A stretch of 64,000 nucleotides of DNA, taken from NCBI RefSeq assembly GCF_002105155.1, contig NW_019028993.1:434001-498000 (forward strand), in the 5' to 3' direction. The notes beneath the pieces are model-generated. The model ran no database searches and was not told the DNA's origin. It worked only from the letters and a program-made list of their open reading frames with translations. Position numbers and translations under genes: made by a program. Shown here piece after piece: positions 36,643-49,301 of the stretch (position 1 is the stretch's first letter; every line of letters begins with the position of its first letter). The stretch is from Lobosporangium transversale. Taxonomy: Eukaryota.

Positions 36643-37216
36643 CACTTGTAATGACACGCACGAAAGAGGGGGGAAAAAATAATGAAAAGAGGGCTTGAGA
36701 GTTCGAACAGTGAGCTAATAGTGATATCTATTCTATTTTTGACATCTTTATATCTATAATTGCTAAACAATCACAAACAGCATGATAATACTCTGAGACT
36801 GCTTCAAGAACAGGAGGAGCGAATGAGGAAAGAGCTCGCAGAACTAACGATGATGCCTGAACCCCAACGTAAGCCTATCTCATCCGATGTTCAGCAGGTT
36901 CTGAACGAGATGGAAGAGCTGCGCAAGCAGTTTAGCATTGCCAAGACAGAACATCAAAAACAACTAGAGGACATGGCGACACAACGTGAAAAGGAGATTG
37001 CAGAACTCAAGGAGAAGCATGATGCGCTTTTATCGGCTATGATTGAGGAACGAGATTCCATTGCTGATTCCTTGAAGGTAAACAATATGCACAATCATAT
37101 TTTTGTATCATCACGCATGCATGCATGATAATGCAGCATTGTTTCTCTGCCTTTTGTTTTTTGTTTTTCCTCAGGAGAATATTAACGCCTTCTTTCATTA
37201 TTATTATTATTATTAC

Positions 37217-37268
<52 letters not shown>

Positions 37269-38791
37269 GATAGTCATTGAAAGCATCAGGCGAGTTGACT
37301 GAACGCGAAAAGGATGCTAAGATCAAGGAGCTTGAAGAACAAATCGAAAAATCTCTCAAAGAGCATGCCGAGGTCCTTTTGAAGCATGCGGATGCACTTG
37401 AGGTCCTTCGTGCGGACATGGAAGCAGCCTGGACAGCTAAATATGACTCCAAGGTTCAGGAACTGACAAAAGTGCATGCAGAGGAGTTAAAAGACCTGGA
37501 AGAGAAGAGGCAGGTATCTAAGGATGCAGAAATCCAGGAGCTAAAAGACTCATTTTCACAACAGATTAAGGCCTTGGAAGAGGAGCAAGAGAAGCGAATC
37601 ACAGACTTGAATACGAAACACGCATCGCAGATCCAAGACTGGAAGGACAAGCTGTCTCATCAGGCGGACGCCAGTGACGAGTTGATTGGGAAGCTCAAGA
37701 GTGAACTGAAGTCTGCGAAGGCAGCCAAAGAAGAAGTGGAGGCAGAGCTGAATCGAGTCAATGAACAAACTCAAGAGCAGTTGAACCAAGTCCGTGCAGA
37801 GATGGAGGAGATTCGCAAACTTTTGGCCGCCAAGGAAGCTGAGACTGCAGAGCTTCAGAAGCGTGTTGATGAATTGACAGATGATTTGGAAAATGCTTCT
37901 ATCAGCGCCATGTAAGTAATCAATCATTTTGTTTGTGTGAATGCAATAAGAGTTTTTTTTATTTTTAGCGGCAAAGATTATTAATATTTATTATATATTA
38001 TTGCATTTAGGCTCAAGAACACAAAGAGATACAAAGTGAAGCAGGTGCAGATTTATGGCTCTAGCGTCAGTGGTAACTTGAAGGTCAAGCGAGCACAACA
38101 ATCCATCAGTGACACTCTTGAGCAGCTCGATATTGAGTTCGAATTCGTGGATGTCTCTGTGGATGAGGATGCGAAATGGTATATGCGCCGCAAGAATGGA
38201 GGCGAGAAACAACTGCCTCAGATTTTCTCCGGAGGAGAGTACAGAGGTATCTTTGAAGACTTTGAGTATGCGATCGAAACTCATCAGCTAACTCAATTCT
38301 TGGGCTTTGATCGAATCCGAGGATTTGTCCCACGTAACAAGATGGGCGTTGATTCCCATAATGGCAATGGTGTGAAATCTACAACTCAAGCTCAAGATGG
38401 TGAAGATGCAGAGCAAGGTGCTGGATTTCCTTCAGTTGTAGTAAACGGTATGGGCCATAGATCTTCGATCTCCGCAGGAAACAACAAGGATGTTGCAACG
38501 TCCATGTATCTGTTATCTCCTGCTTCAAATCGATTCCACTCGACTGCATCCTTGGCTTCAGTCACATCTACTACCTCCACTACCTCGTCACGTAGCAATG
38601 GCAGCTTGAAAGCCGGCTTCGTCCAGAACGCAAGCCAAGTCTGGGATGGAGCCTTGAAGAACGATATTACACACGTGAAGCACAACTTAGGGTTTGCAAA
38701 CCCTGTGATTCCTGATGATGAAGAGTTGGAAGAATTATTTGAACAAGGTGCTGTGACCGAAGAAGAGCTACAAGCTCTCTTGAACATGTAA
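35037..38791 (+). CDS. Large protein: S/T/P/R-rich disordered region + coiled coil + SH3BGR (glutaredoxin-like) domain; exons 35037-36578, 36781-37077, 37274-37911, 38011-38791 (~1085 aa)
   Basis: The exons join in frame. The C-terminal part VQIYGSSVSGNLKVKRAQQ..FEFVDVSVDEDAKWYMRRK..LPQIF..YRGIFEDFEYAIE..LTQFL fits SH3BGR. The middle is E/K heptad-rich. Confidence 0.8.
37197..37268. repeat. (ATT)n microsatellite, about 24 units, directly before a 3' splice site
   Basis: Visible tandem ATT run with one interruption, ending 5 nt before the AG at 37273. Confidence 0.9.
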
Positions 38792-39124
38792 AAAGAAAGA
38801 TAGTTATATATACCCCCCTTTACTTTCATCACATCCTCATATCAAAGGATTATCGACTTTGAAGAAAAGAACGAATAAAAGTAAAAGCATGTATCTTATT
38901 CATCACACCATACTTAATTGCTCACAAAAAAAGCCACGTCTCCAGTCTTCAAGAGTCCGGTCAAAATTCCATTCGTTACATTTATTGCATTTTTCTTCCA
39001 TCAAACCAGGGAACGGACATTATAAGGACTTTTTTTTTTTTTTTTTTTTTCTTTTTTTGTTCAGCCGCGCAGTGATACAGAGGAAGAAGCACAGGACAAC
39101 AAAGAGAAAAACAACACTCCCATC

Positions 39125-40046
39125 ATGCCGGACCTTACCAACATCTTTCATGCAACAGTCCAGGACCTGAGTCAAGCATCAGGAGGCTTCTCCTCTGGCG
39201 TACGTTCTGGGGCTGTATCGAAACCACCAACCCCAAAGGCACCAACAGATCCATGGATACGAGAAGCCCACCAAATTGTAAGTGAATCGAGAAAGACCAA
39301 GAACTTTTTTTTTTTAAGCTGAAAGTTCTCATTTTTTATTTTTTACAACTTTCAGTCGAGGACTATAGCGGATCTCCGAACATTTATCCTCATTACCCGT
39401 CCTGCATATCTCAATCTTTCGCGTGGTGGATCAGGAAACTCATTAGGCGCCAATATGCGTTTACCACGACGGTCAGACTCTATACCCAATGTCAACAATA
39501 GCCATAACACCTTATCAAAATCGTTCACATCCTCCAAAGTGTTGAATGATCTCTTGGACACTGTTTCGTCATTGACATCACTTTCTGATAAGGACCGAGA
39601 CAGTATTGATACACAAGTCAAAGTCATGATGCGACAGATCAAAGGTGCTATTGAGGAACTAGAGTCACTTGAACAAGGTAATAAATGAGCCACTACGACC
39701 ACAGCCAGCAACAACAATAACAAAAGAACAATGAAAGAATACTTCTAATGTACCTTTTTTTATTCTTCGCCTCCCATCTTCAACATCATATTCTATATTA
39801 CATAGATCGTAGGAAAAGAGCCAACACTACTACAAATAGCAGCAATGCCGCTGTGGCAGGATTGAATCAGTTGTTGAGTATGGCAGCTAGCGGTGCAGGA
39901 TCTGTCGATCACTTGGCTCAACATCGACAAGGTGTCACTCTTTATCTGAATGAACGCCTTGCAAGCCTGGCCACACTGCATAAAGATCAATACGAGGCCA
40001 GAATAGCTCGCGAGATGGAGAAAAGAGAAAGGTAGATACATTAATG

Positions 40047-40078
<32 letters not shown>

Positions 40079-40917
40079 ATACGTATTCTGTATTAAACTT
40101 TTTTTTTTTTTTTTTTTTTTTTTGCCTATACTTAACCTTATGATGTTAGCTCTTTATACAAAGCGTTACCAAAACCGACAGTCTCGAATAGCTATGGTCT
40201 CAAACGTCAACAAGATCCTGAGTCTACCTCAGGAATATCATTCAATGCAGGGCTCTCACACAGGAGAAATACTAATGCTCGAACGACAGCAACAGCAACG
40301 ATAACAAGTAATGGAGCAGGGGCAACAGACAGCGACCTTAATGATCGTTCAACAAATATCAGTAGAACCTCTTCACCACAACCATCAACAGGCGTTTCAA
40401 CTGCACAGTATTATCATCAAGGTAGTCATAACCATAGAAATAATAATAATGGATTTGGTGGATTTGTAGACAATGATGAACAAGATTTCGAAAATAGTCT
40501 GACTGCTGAGCAAAGACAAATGCTCCAAATGGAGAATGAAAATATTGTTCAAAAACTGGAGACAGAATTGAACCAAGTCAGGTATAAATTATACAAGCAA
40601 AAAAAAAAATCACTTTTATCGTATTCTTTTTCAATTTTTTATTTATTTTATTTCATTTTGTTTTTAATGGTAGGCACCTGGAAGCCTCTATGTTAGAGCT
40701 TTCATCGCTACACTCAACAATCCAGGAGCATCTTGAGGTACAAACACTACAAACCAATCGGCTACACGAGGAAGCACTAACAGCAATCAGTCACATTGAT
40801 GCTGGAAACGAACAGTTAATTAAAGCTGGTAAACGGAGCAATACCACTCGAAAATGGATCCTCTTTTTCCTCATCCTTGCTAGTTTTGTCCTACTCTTCC
40901 TCGACTGGTACGACTAA
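39125..40917 (+). CDS. UFE1: ER Qa-SNARE syntaxin-18/Ufe1; 5 exons
   Basis: N-terminal MPDLTNIF..DPWIREAHQI, LSDKDRDSID, HRQGVTLYL, a SNARE motif (QMLQMENE..ELSSLH..IDAGNEQL) and C-terminal TM WILFFLILASFVLLFLDWY. Confidence 0.88.
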
Positions 40918-40956
40918 TAAAAACAATAAACTTATAAAGCATAAAGACTGTATCCA

Positions 40957-40999
<43 letters not shown>

Positions 41000-41195
41000 T
41001 GTTGCAAGCTGAAAATAGAGTATTTTTATCGCTATAATAAATTGAACTGGCTAGACTAAAGTTGTTGATAGTATACACAAGTTGTACAGGACGAGTGAAA
41101 AAAGAAAAGAGACTACATTGAACGAAAGAGAATGGTGGTAATATAATAATACAGCAGACATTACAGCACTATTTTTTTTTCTTTTCTTTTTGACC

Positions 41196-44100
41196 TTATG
41201 CGTTAGGCTCATAGCCATGAACCCGGACACGGTACATGCATGTGTACTTGGGATGTCCCCAGTTCGATTTGATCCGGAGAACAACTCCGACAAAGGGCCA
41301 TTTCTGCATTGACAAAGGAATCGAGAATGTCTGCCTTGTCTTGGGTTTGGTATGCTTCCCCTCCCCTTGAGCGTTGTATTCCACGTTGGTCAATAGGATA
41401 GCACCAGGCCACGGCAAATCCTCTTTCTCATTATTTTCTTCTTTTTTCTCTTGTGAATCTTGCTCTTGCTCCTTAATACCCTCATTACCATTGTTCCTTT
41501 TGTTCTTGATCTCCAGCTCACCATCATTGTTTTTATCGTTATTGTTCACCACAGAAGCATGGTGAGAGGTTGCGGTGGGCGCTGCATCCTCGCTTCCTCG
41601 AAGTCCCCAAACCTCGATCTCCTTGGGTGCGCTGTCCATGTCCAAAACCACACTCGGGTCTGCATGCTCAATCGTAATCTCTGTCACTACAATTCTTCTT
41701 GCTAAACGAATCCCCAACTGACCTTGCTGACCTTCCATTGCCCAACATTCCCCTGCATGAATGTCTGGTTCAATCGCCTTTTGAGCTGGCTTCTCTCGCC
41801 GTGGTAGCTTGACAAAGTATTTGAGGCCCAGATTACCCCAAAAGGTCGGAGCAACTGTATGATGATAATCCTGAGATGTGAGACGGGGGATGATACGTCC
41901 TCCAGCTGAGAAGAGTGCATAGTCTGGCTTAGCAATTGCATCTGCAGAATATTTTTCTAGGGCCTCATCGATCAACCCGGAAACCAACTCTTTCTCTAAC
42001 TCCGTCAAACCAGTGTTACCACGACCATCCTGGTTTCCACTTACGGTAGAAGATGATCCATAGAAGCCTATCCGTCGACGAGGTGCCTCTTTGCCATGGA
42101 GTTTTCCTTGCTTCTCCAATAGCTCCATTACATTTTTCTCCACGCCTTGCCAGATCATATTAGCCTCTGTTCTTACGAGCCTCAAAAATTCGCCTCGTGA
42201 GACCTTAAACATGTGGCCTTCTACGAAATCTGACAACGCACGCTCATTTTCTTGCAGGAAATCATCCCAGCTCATAATCTTGCCTTTCTTTGCTTTTGAG
42301 CTCTTCCTGAAAGATCCCCAACTCCATCTCCCGGATGACGATGACGATGACGATGGAGCTTGCTCATGCTCATCTTCTGGGTCCATGTCTAGTTTTGAAA
42401 TCCTGTCTTCAATAGTCTTCTGGACTTGCTCTGGGGTGACGAAGAGTTCTCGTGCTGTATTCCAAAACTCGCTCGGAATCGATAGCTCTCCAGTTTTGAG
42501 ATCCCTAGAAACTACTAAATGCTTTGGAATTTCATCTCGAATCTGCTCCAAAACTGTCTGCTCAATCCATCGTCCATCTTTTACGTACTGTGCAAGCGAA
42601 TCCACCCGATCCGAGACTCGATTCAACTTGTGTTCCACGCCAGAGACCCAGACCGAAATGCCGTCAAATTTAGTCCGTAGCTCCTTACTGAGCACCTCAT
42701 CTGCTTGTTCAAGATCTGAGAGCTTCTTTTGAATGAGCAGCGACATGCTGTCAAATTTACTCTGCAATTCCTTACTAAGCTGATCGTCAGCTTGGCCAAG
42801 CTCGACCAACGTCTTTTGAATCCATTTGACAGCCGACTCGAGCTCTTCAAATGACTGAATTTGCTCTGATGGAATTTGGATTCTGCTAGATGCCGATCCT
42901 GACTTTTTACCAGTAGGTCGAGATGGGATCCATTGGCTGATAGAAGGGAATTGAGGGATCCAACTTAACCATGAACGGTCCTTCAGGCTAGAATTTCTCC
43001 AGCTTAGCTTGCTCCATGTATCCGAAACCCTCTCTCTCATGTATGGCGTCTGGCCAGAGCTTTGAGTGACATTGCTGTTGTTGCAATCACCGAGGCCCTG
43101 GCTTGAAGAGATACCATAGCCCAACTGATGACTTCCCCAGACAGCAATACACATAAGAGCGACCCCAAAAAGTGTTCCTGGACTCAGCAAGCCACTTGCA
43201 ACGCCCGCACGGGCCCATTCCTCACCTGTCCTCCAAAAAGCTTGTCTCTGGCGCCATGGCCAGCCAAAGATCAGGTAGAGCCAAGATAGCAAGAGTCCAA
43301 AAAGAAATAGAGCAGTTTCAATGGCCGCATATAATAGATCTCTAAGCTGACGAAATCCATCCTGAAGCATACGCCATAACACATGCCATGGATAGATTCG
43401 TTTATGCCCCATACGAGTCTGGGAAGGTTGACGGAGATTACGGCCTGAATTGACATAGCGATGGTGAGTTGTAGACGAAGAAATACCGTATGCTTTTGAG
43501 ATATCAGCGTCACTCTCCGCACTCATGTACGCAACTTCCTGTTCATCCTGAAAGTGCGTCTCCGTCTTAGGTCGTGTGGGAACACGTTCACCAGATAAAG
43601 TAGCAGGCTTCATTCGCCTCCATTCATGGCTCTCTCTTGCTTGATCATACTCATCAGAGTCCTGAGATGCAGTCAAGGCAATACCAGAGTCGAGTTGTCT
43701 CATAATAGGGACTTCGAAAGGATTCGGCTTCTTGACATACTCATTCATAAGTGAAACAGAGGGTGGCGTCAGGGATGGGCGAGCAGTGGCTGGAGGGGTC
43801 AAAACACGGCGTGTCACCGAGTACGGTAGTGGAGAAGGTGTTCTAGCTTGGCGGAGCTCTGCTGGTGTGATTGTACGGCGGACGGGTAATGGTGGTGTCA
43901 TTGCTCTGCTCGCTACAGGCGTAGGACGGGTGCGAGGCTGCTTACGATAGAATCCTTTGCGGACACGAGCGCTAGTAAGGTTCTTATCCATATCGCTATC
44001 AGAGCCATCATCTATTGGTTGTTTTTTATCTTTGCCTTTAGGAGTACTCCAGCCATACTCGTCCCGCTGCTTCCGCAACAAGTTGGCAATGCGCTTGATA

Positions 44101-45460
44101 AAACCCAGTTGTTCTTGCTCTCGTTTCAATTCAGCCATCTCGGCGTCCACCCCAGTATCATATTTCGAATTGTCTTCATCGTCAATAGCTGGATCAGCAT
44201 AAATATTCGGGCGAAGACGATTGTAGGAATAGATTTCATCTTCATATCCACCGATGTCAAGTGTTTGGTCTCCATCGTCATAATCCTCATTGCTATAGAC
44301 ATTGTTATTATCAGGGCTGTCGTAACCGCCATCGGCGTCGAGCCCTTTGCTGTTATACCCATCCACAAAGTGAGAATGGTGTTGGTCATCGTATTGGTCT
44401 CTATCGTAGTGAAGTTCCTGATATTGATTCTCACGATGACCGTTCATTTCTCTAGCAAAGGCGTCATGATCTTCGCTAATGTCAACACCCTCTGGAAAGC
44501 TCTCAGGGGGCCTATGATGAGGCGATAACTCTAGTCTCAGAGTATTATCCTCTCTAACCGCATTATTGGAACGAATGCCTTCTGTGTAATCATTGTCATC
44601 AACGTCATAGTCATCCTCAATAAGATAATTATGGGGTGAGGGGAGGTCATGACCAGCTGACTCTCTGCTGTAGAGATTGTTACTTTGTCGCTTAGAAGGC
44701 GCAATAGGGGTATCATGTGGCCTAAATGCCTTTCGGTATTTATTTCCCTGCGGAGTACCAAAGAAAACGTGGTCTTTGTTATTGTCGACAAAAGGTGCAA
44801 AGGACGTTCCTTTGTTACTGATTTCTACATCAATGTACTGAGACGACATGCCGTTGCTATTATGAATTGAATGGCTCTGCTGATAAGCTTTAGCAGTAGG
44901 TAAGTCTGTTGCTGCTGCTTCTGTTGTTGTTGTGTAGAGCATATCCTCATGAGATGCAGATTGTGAAACGTGTGATGTAGTCCTGCCATTGCTTCCTTTG
45001 CTATTGTTGTTGCGTTTGTTAGTGTTGCTATTGATGCTGTCATTGTTGCTAATGCCATGGAAGTTAACACTGGAGTTAGGAAGTTGATTGGAAAGTCGTC
45101 GCATACGATTTGGTGTTTTAGGACCTTCGACAGTTGTGCCGATGACACCAGGTAAGAGCAGATTATCGACTCTAGGTGGAATGCTGGTTGTGCCAAGTGC
45201 GGACCTACTTCTTGACTGTAGTAAGAGACCAAGAAAAATTATAATAATAATCGTCAATGGTTTTTTTTTTTTTCCTCTTCATTTCTCAAAAGGACTTTTT
45301 CTGTGGCATAGAAAAATATATAACCCCGCTATATGACGCGTGGTAAAAAAAAAAAAAATAGAAAGGCCCTTACAGGGGTAATATGAGTATAATCTTTGGA
45401 GGAGCCATTCCTTTCGGGAGGCGGTTGACTAGAGCGCCTTGAAGGTGTCAAGGGTGCCAT
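41196..45460 (-). CDS. SUN-domain (Sad1/UNC-84) nuclear envelope protein; exons 45460-45374, 45215-41196 (~1368 aa)
   Basis: C-terminal SUN domain: PDYALFSAGGRII, GECWAM, ITIEH, SAPKEIEVWG, SNWGHPKYTCMYRVRVHG. Central TM segments and a coiled coil. Exon 1 (MAPLTPSRRS..) splices in frame. Confidence 0.9.
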
Positions 45461-45950
45461 TAAGAATGAATGATGAATGAAACGCGTTTACAGAACCAGG
45501 AAAGAAGAAATAAAAAAAAAAAAAAAAAAAAAAAAAGTGAGAGAAGTGGATTCAATCAATGGAAATAGAAAAGAATGATAATAGTAGTGGTAATAATCGT
45601 GAGATTGTGCAGAAGAGTGATTGAGAAATAAACTATTGACAGTTATAATAGGGAGTAGTTGTGAGGGTATTGATGGGAATGATGGAAATGAGTCTGTTAC
45701 TGCAGGGGAATAAAATAAGGAGCGAAGCGAAGTAGGAAAGAGAAAATATTGTTTGTTTAGAAATTTGGTGTGAATGATGCATGGCATCGGCACGAGTCAT
45801 TTTAGGTCCAATTCTCTATCCTCGTGCCCACATCCCTCCGTATACAAAAATTGAGAGGGAAAAAAAAATTTTTGCCACCACTTTTTGAGACAAGATTTTA
45901 TTTATTCATTCTTACTCAGATTCTCTTCAGAAAAAAAAAAAAAAAAAAAA

Positions 45951-48369
45951 ATGAAAACCAGACATCAGAAAAAAAGACAAGCTCACAGCGATGATGACAA
46001 GGAAGAAGAATACGTTTCAGAATCAGACCAAGAGGAATTAGAGAAGGAGGAGGACGATACTCATGCTGATGGCCTTACAGAATAGTAATTTCACTTGAAT
46101 TATTTAACCTTTTGTACATTTTGGTGGCGTTGCATGCCAAAAGACATGCTTTTCCAATAGCCTGACATATTTCCATTGGATTCCTATACACATTTGTTTC
46201 CCCCTCTTTCTTTCTTTCTCTTATCCTGCTTCACTTTTTCCTGATCTATTCCTTTATGCATTAATATGATTTTGATACGATTACAACAAGCGAGCGCATG
46301 CGCTTGGAGAATATCAGGAAGAACAGGGAAGCGATGCGCTTGCTCGAGTTACCAGAAGCCGTATCTGCTGTTCAGTTATCATCACATCGTCTAGATCGGA
46401 ATAAGCGTTCTGCCCCCACTCCAGGCGTCAAGCGCGAAAAACGAATCAAGAGCACTGAAGTTCCTTTACCTAGACGAACTTCCAATCGCCTAGCAAAAAT
46501 CGAGGTAACGTTAATTTTCCCATAAAAAAACTATTTCTCTTGCTTTTTGATCATCCTATATCAAACTGGTGGCATTGTTTTTTATTTGTTTCTTTTTTTT
46601 GTCCAATAAAATAAAAAATAAAATAATAATAATAATAATAATAATAATATTTTTGGTTTATGTAGCCAAATAGTCCTGTTGCTGAGCGCAAGCTGGAGGA
46701 ATACAAAGAAACTGTCACTACAATAAATCAGTACCAAAAAGCTCGTCGTGCTGGAATTCTCTCACTGGAGGATGTCACGAGTGGATATGGCGATGACTCC
46801 AAATTTGCAAAACTGATGGCGGAAATAGCAACCTATGTCCCCGAAAAGGCTAGGGTCAAGGACATTGAGGATGAAAGCGATGGCGAGCTTAATATTAATG
46901 ATAATGACGATAATATTACAGCAGTCAAAAGAGAACAGGAAGAAGACAAAGTAGTCAAGAAAGAAGAAGAGGACAAATTGACCAAGAAAGAGGAAGGCGA
47001 AGACAAATTGATCAAAAAGGAGGAAGATGGGAATGAGAAAAAGGAAGGGATCAGAAAGTATTTTAGACCCGCTAGACGTGCTGCCGCTTCTGCAGTCGCT
47101 ACAGCTTCAACTGTTCCCTCTCCCTCCACTTCTGCTTCAAAAACCGCATCGTCCGATGCTGGTAAAGTTAGTCACCCAACAAAGACATCATCCTCCAAAT
47201 CCGGGAAGGGGCTATCATTGCGAAAACAGGTGCAAGCCCTCAAGATTCGAGGACCTTGGCCAACTGTCAAGGTCTGCCAAGGCCGTATCTACTGTATGGC
47301 CATCCATGAAAACAAGGACAAGGTCTTGGTGTGTGGGGGTGATATTGACGGCAACCTTGGGTTCTGGGACCTCGATGAATCTCTAGCAGATGATTATGAG
47401 CCAGAGTTAGACGAAGAGCCTAATATTTATTCATACAAAGCCCACACTCGAACACTCTCCAGCATGCAATATTCCCCTACAGACCCTACAAAGCTCTTCA
47501 CAACATCTTATGATGGCTCAGTGCGTTACCTGGATTTGGTAAAGCAAAAGTTCATGGAGTCATATGTGGTCTCGCCTGATGTGTCAGATCACCTTGGATC
47601 CATTTCGATCGACTCGACAGGTCAGCAACTCTGGCTCGCAGACAATGATGGAGCTGTTACACTCAAGGACATTCGTACTCCGAAGGACGAGATGGTTTAT
47701 CGCAAGATCCTGCATGAGAAAAAAGTTGGATGTGTAAACGTGAATCCAAAGTACGGACACTTGATCGTCACCTCTTCCCTAGACAGGACGATGAAGATCT
47801 GGGATGTCAGAACATTTGGGCAATATAATAAGGAAGACGATGTCATCCCAGAGTTGGACGGGTTTCCGCATAGACTGAGTGTCACAAGCGCCATGTGGAG
47901 CCCAGATGGTAAGGTTTTACGTATTGATTTTTTCTTTATAACAATAGAAATTAACTGGAAAGCAAGGCTAAATGATCGATTAATTATTTCCTTGTTGTTT
48001 AACATTGAAATAACAGGCGCTAGCATTGCAAGCACATCATATGATGACAAAGTGCGCATTTTTAACAATTTTGACCCTGCATTGCCGGATTTGAAAAAGA
48101 TTCCAGAACCCGTCCGAATCCATCACAACAACCAGAGTGGCCGTTGGGTCACTATGTTGCGCGCAGTCTGGGCCCACCAGTTCAATTGGTTTTCGATCGG
48201 AAATATGAACAAGTCTGTAGATATCTATTCAAGAGGCACAGGCGACCTCATGGCGAATCTCAAGGATGCTCATGTTCTGACAACCGTTCCTGCAGTCAAT
48301 GCCTGGCATCCAAATCGTGTTTTATTAGCCAGTGGCATGGCAAACGGAAAGATGGTTATTTGGCGATGA
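45951..48369 (+). CDS. CMR1: WD40 DNA-damage-binding protein Cmr1/WDR76; exons 45951-46084, 46291-46504, 46666-47908, 48017-48369
   Basis: Spliced LTEYERMRLENIRKN, RRTSNRL, WD repeats, HNNQSGRWVT and VPAVNAWHP. Confidence 0.88.
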
Positions 48370-48496
48370 TTCCAAATCCCTGTTATAGTAATAAAGGGAA
48401 ATGTTTTTGGAGAATTCATTGTTGATTTAAATGAGATAGTAAATAAAGCTACAACCAAAACTATTTTTTCCTCCTTTTGTCTATCCTCTTGTAAGA

Positions 48497-48951
48497 CTAC
48501 AACATAGAAAAGAATATACTAGCCAAGATCAAGATAATAGAAGAGGTTTGGACGCCCTTGATGGATCTACCTGCAGCTGCGTTTCCAGCATTGTTGCCAC
48601 CACTGCCGCCACCACCGCCGTTGTTTCCATCGCCATTCGAGGAAGAACCCGACAATTTTGCAAAGCCAATTCGACCTCCAGTGGCAGCATTTGTATTAAA
48701 GTCAAAGACTGAATAAACATTGGTCAAGAAGGCGTCTCCAATCAACCACTCATCAATTGTGGCCGTTTCACCGGTGGGGAACATGGCCGCACTTGTACAG
48801 TAGTAACCCTGGCTGGTCCTTTGACGGGTTGATTGCATCGCCAAGCTTGTGTATGGGATCTCTGCCTTGAAATTTCCAAACGTAATGGTGATTGGAGCAT
48901 CACCCGAGCAAGGCAAAACCCATAAGCCTCCTTCCTGTGGCTATACCAGTT

Positions 48952-48982
<31 letters not shown>

Positions 48983-49269
48983 ATGTCAGAGTGAAAGATG
49001 TAATATATAACACACATACTTTGGGCAAAAAGTAGAAGATAAAGTAGACTTACAAGGCTGATAGCGCCAGGAATAGCGCTGTTAATGGCATCCGCTGTCG
49101 TCTTTGGCATAAGCATAGCGGTCGTTCCAGTGTCAATAGCTGCAATGGCTCCATTCGTTGGGATATCCTTGCCGTTCACAGTCATTCCGTTTACGGGGAT
49201 CTATGCACATCCATATTAATGAAAATGAAATGGTTACTCCAGACTGAACAAGTTTTTTTTTTTTTTTTA

Positions 49270-49301
<32 letters not shown>

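Noticed and set aside
35156..36661. Long antisense ORFs over the S/T-rich exon and other genes
   Set aside because: These are expected shadows of biased codon usage, with no independent motifs.
45336..45487. Two ACGCGT (MCB-like) boxes near the divergent SUN/CMR1 starts
   Set aside because: The same hexamer also occurs at ~715, 2160 and 5801 in unrelated contexts, so it is not distinguishable from chance.
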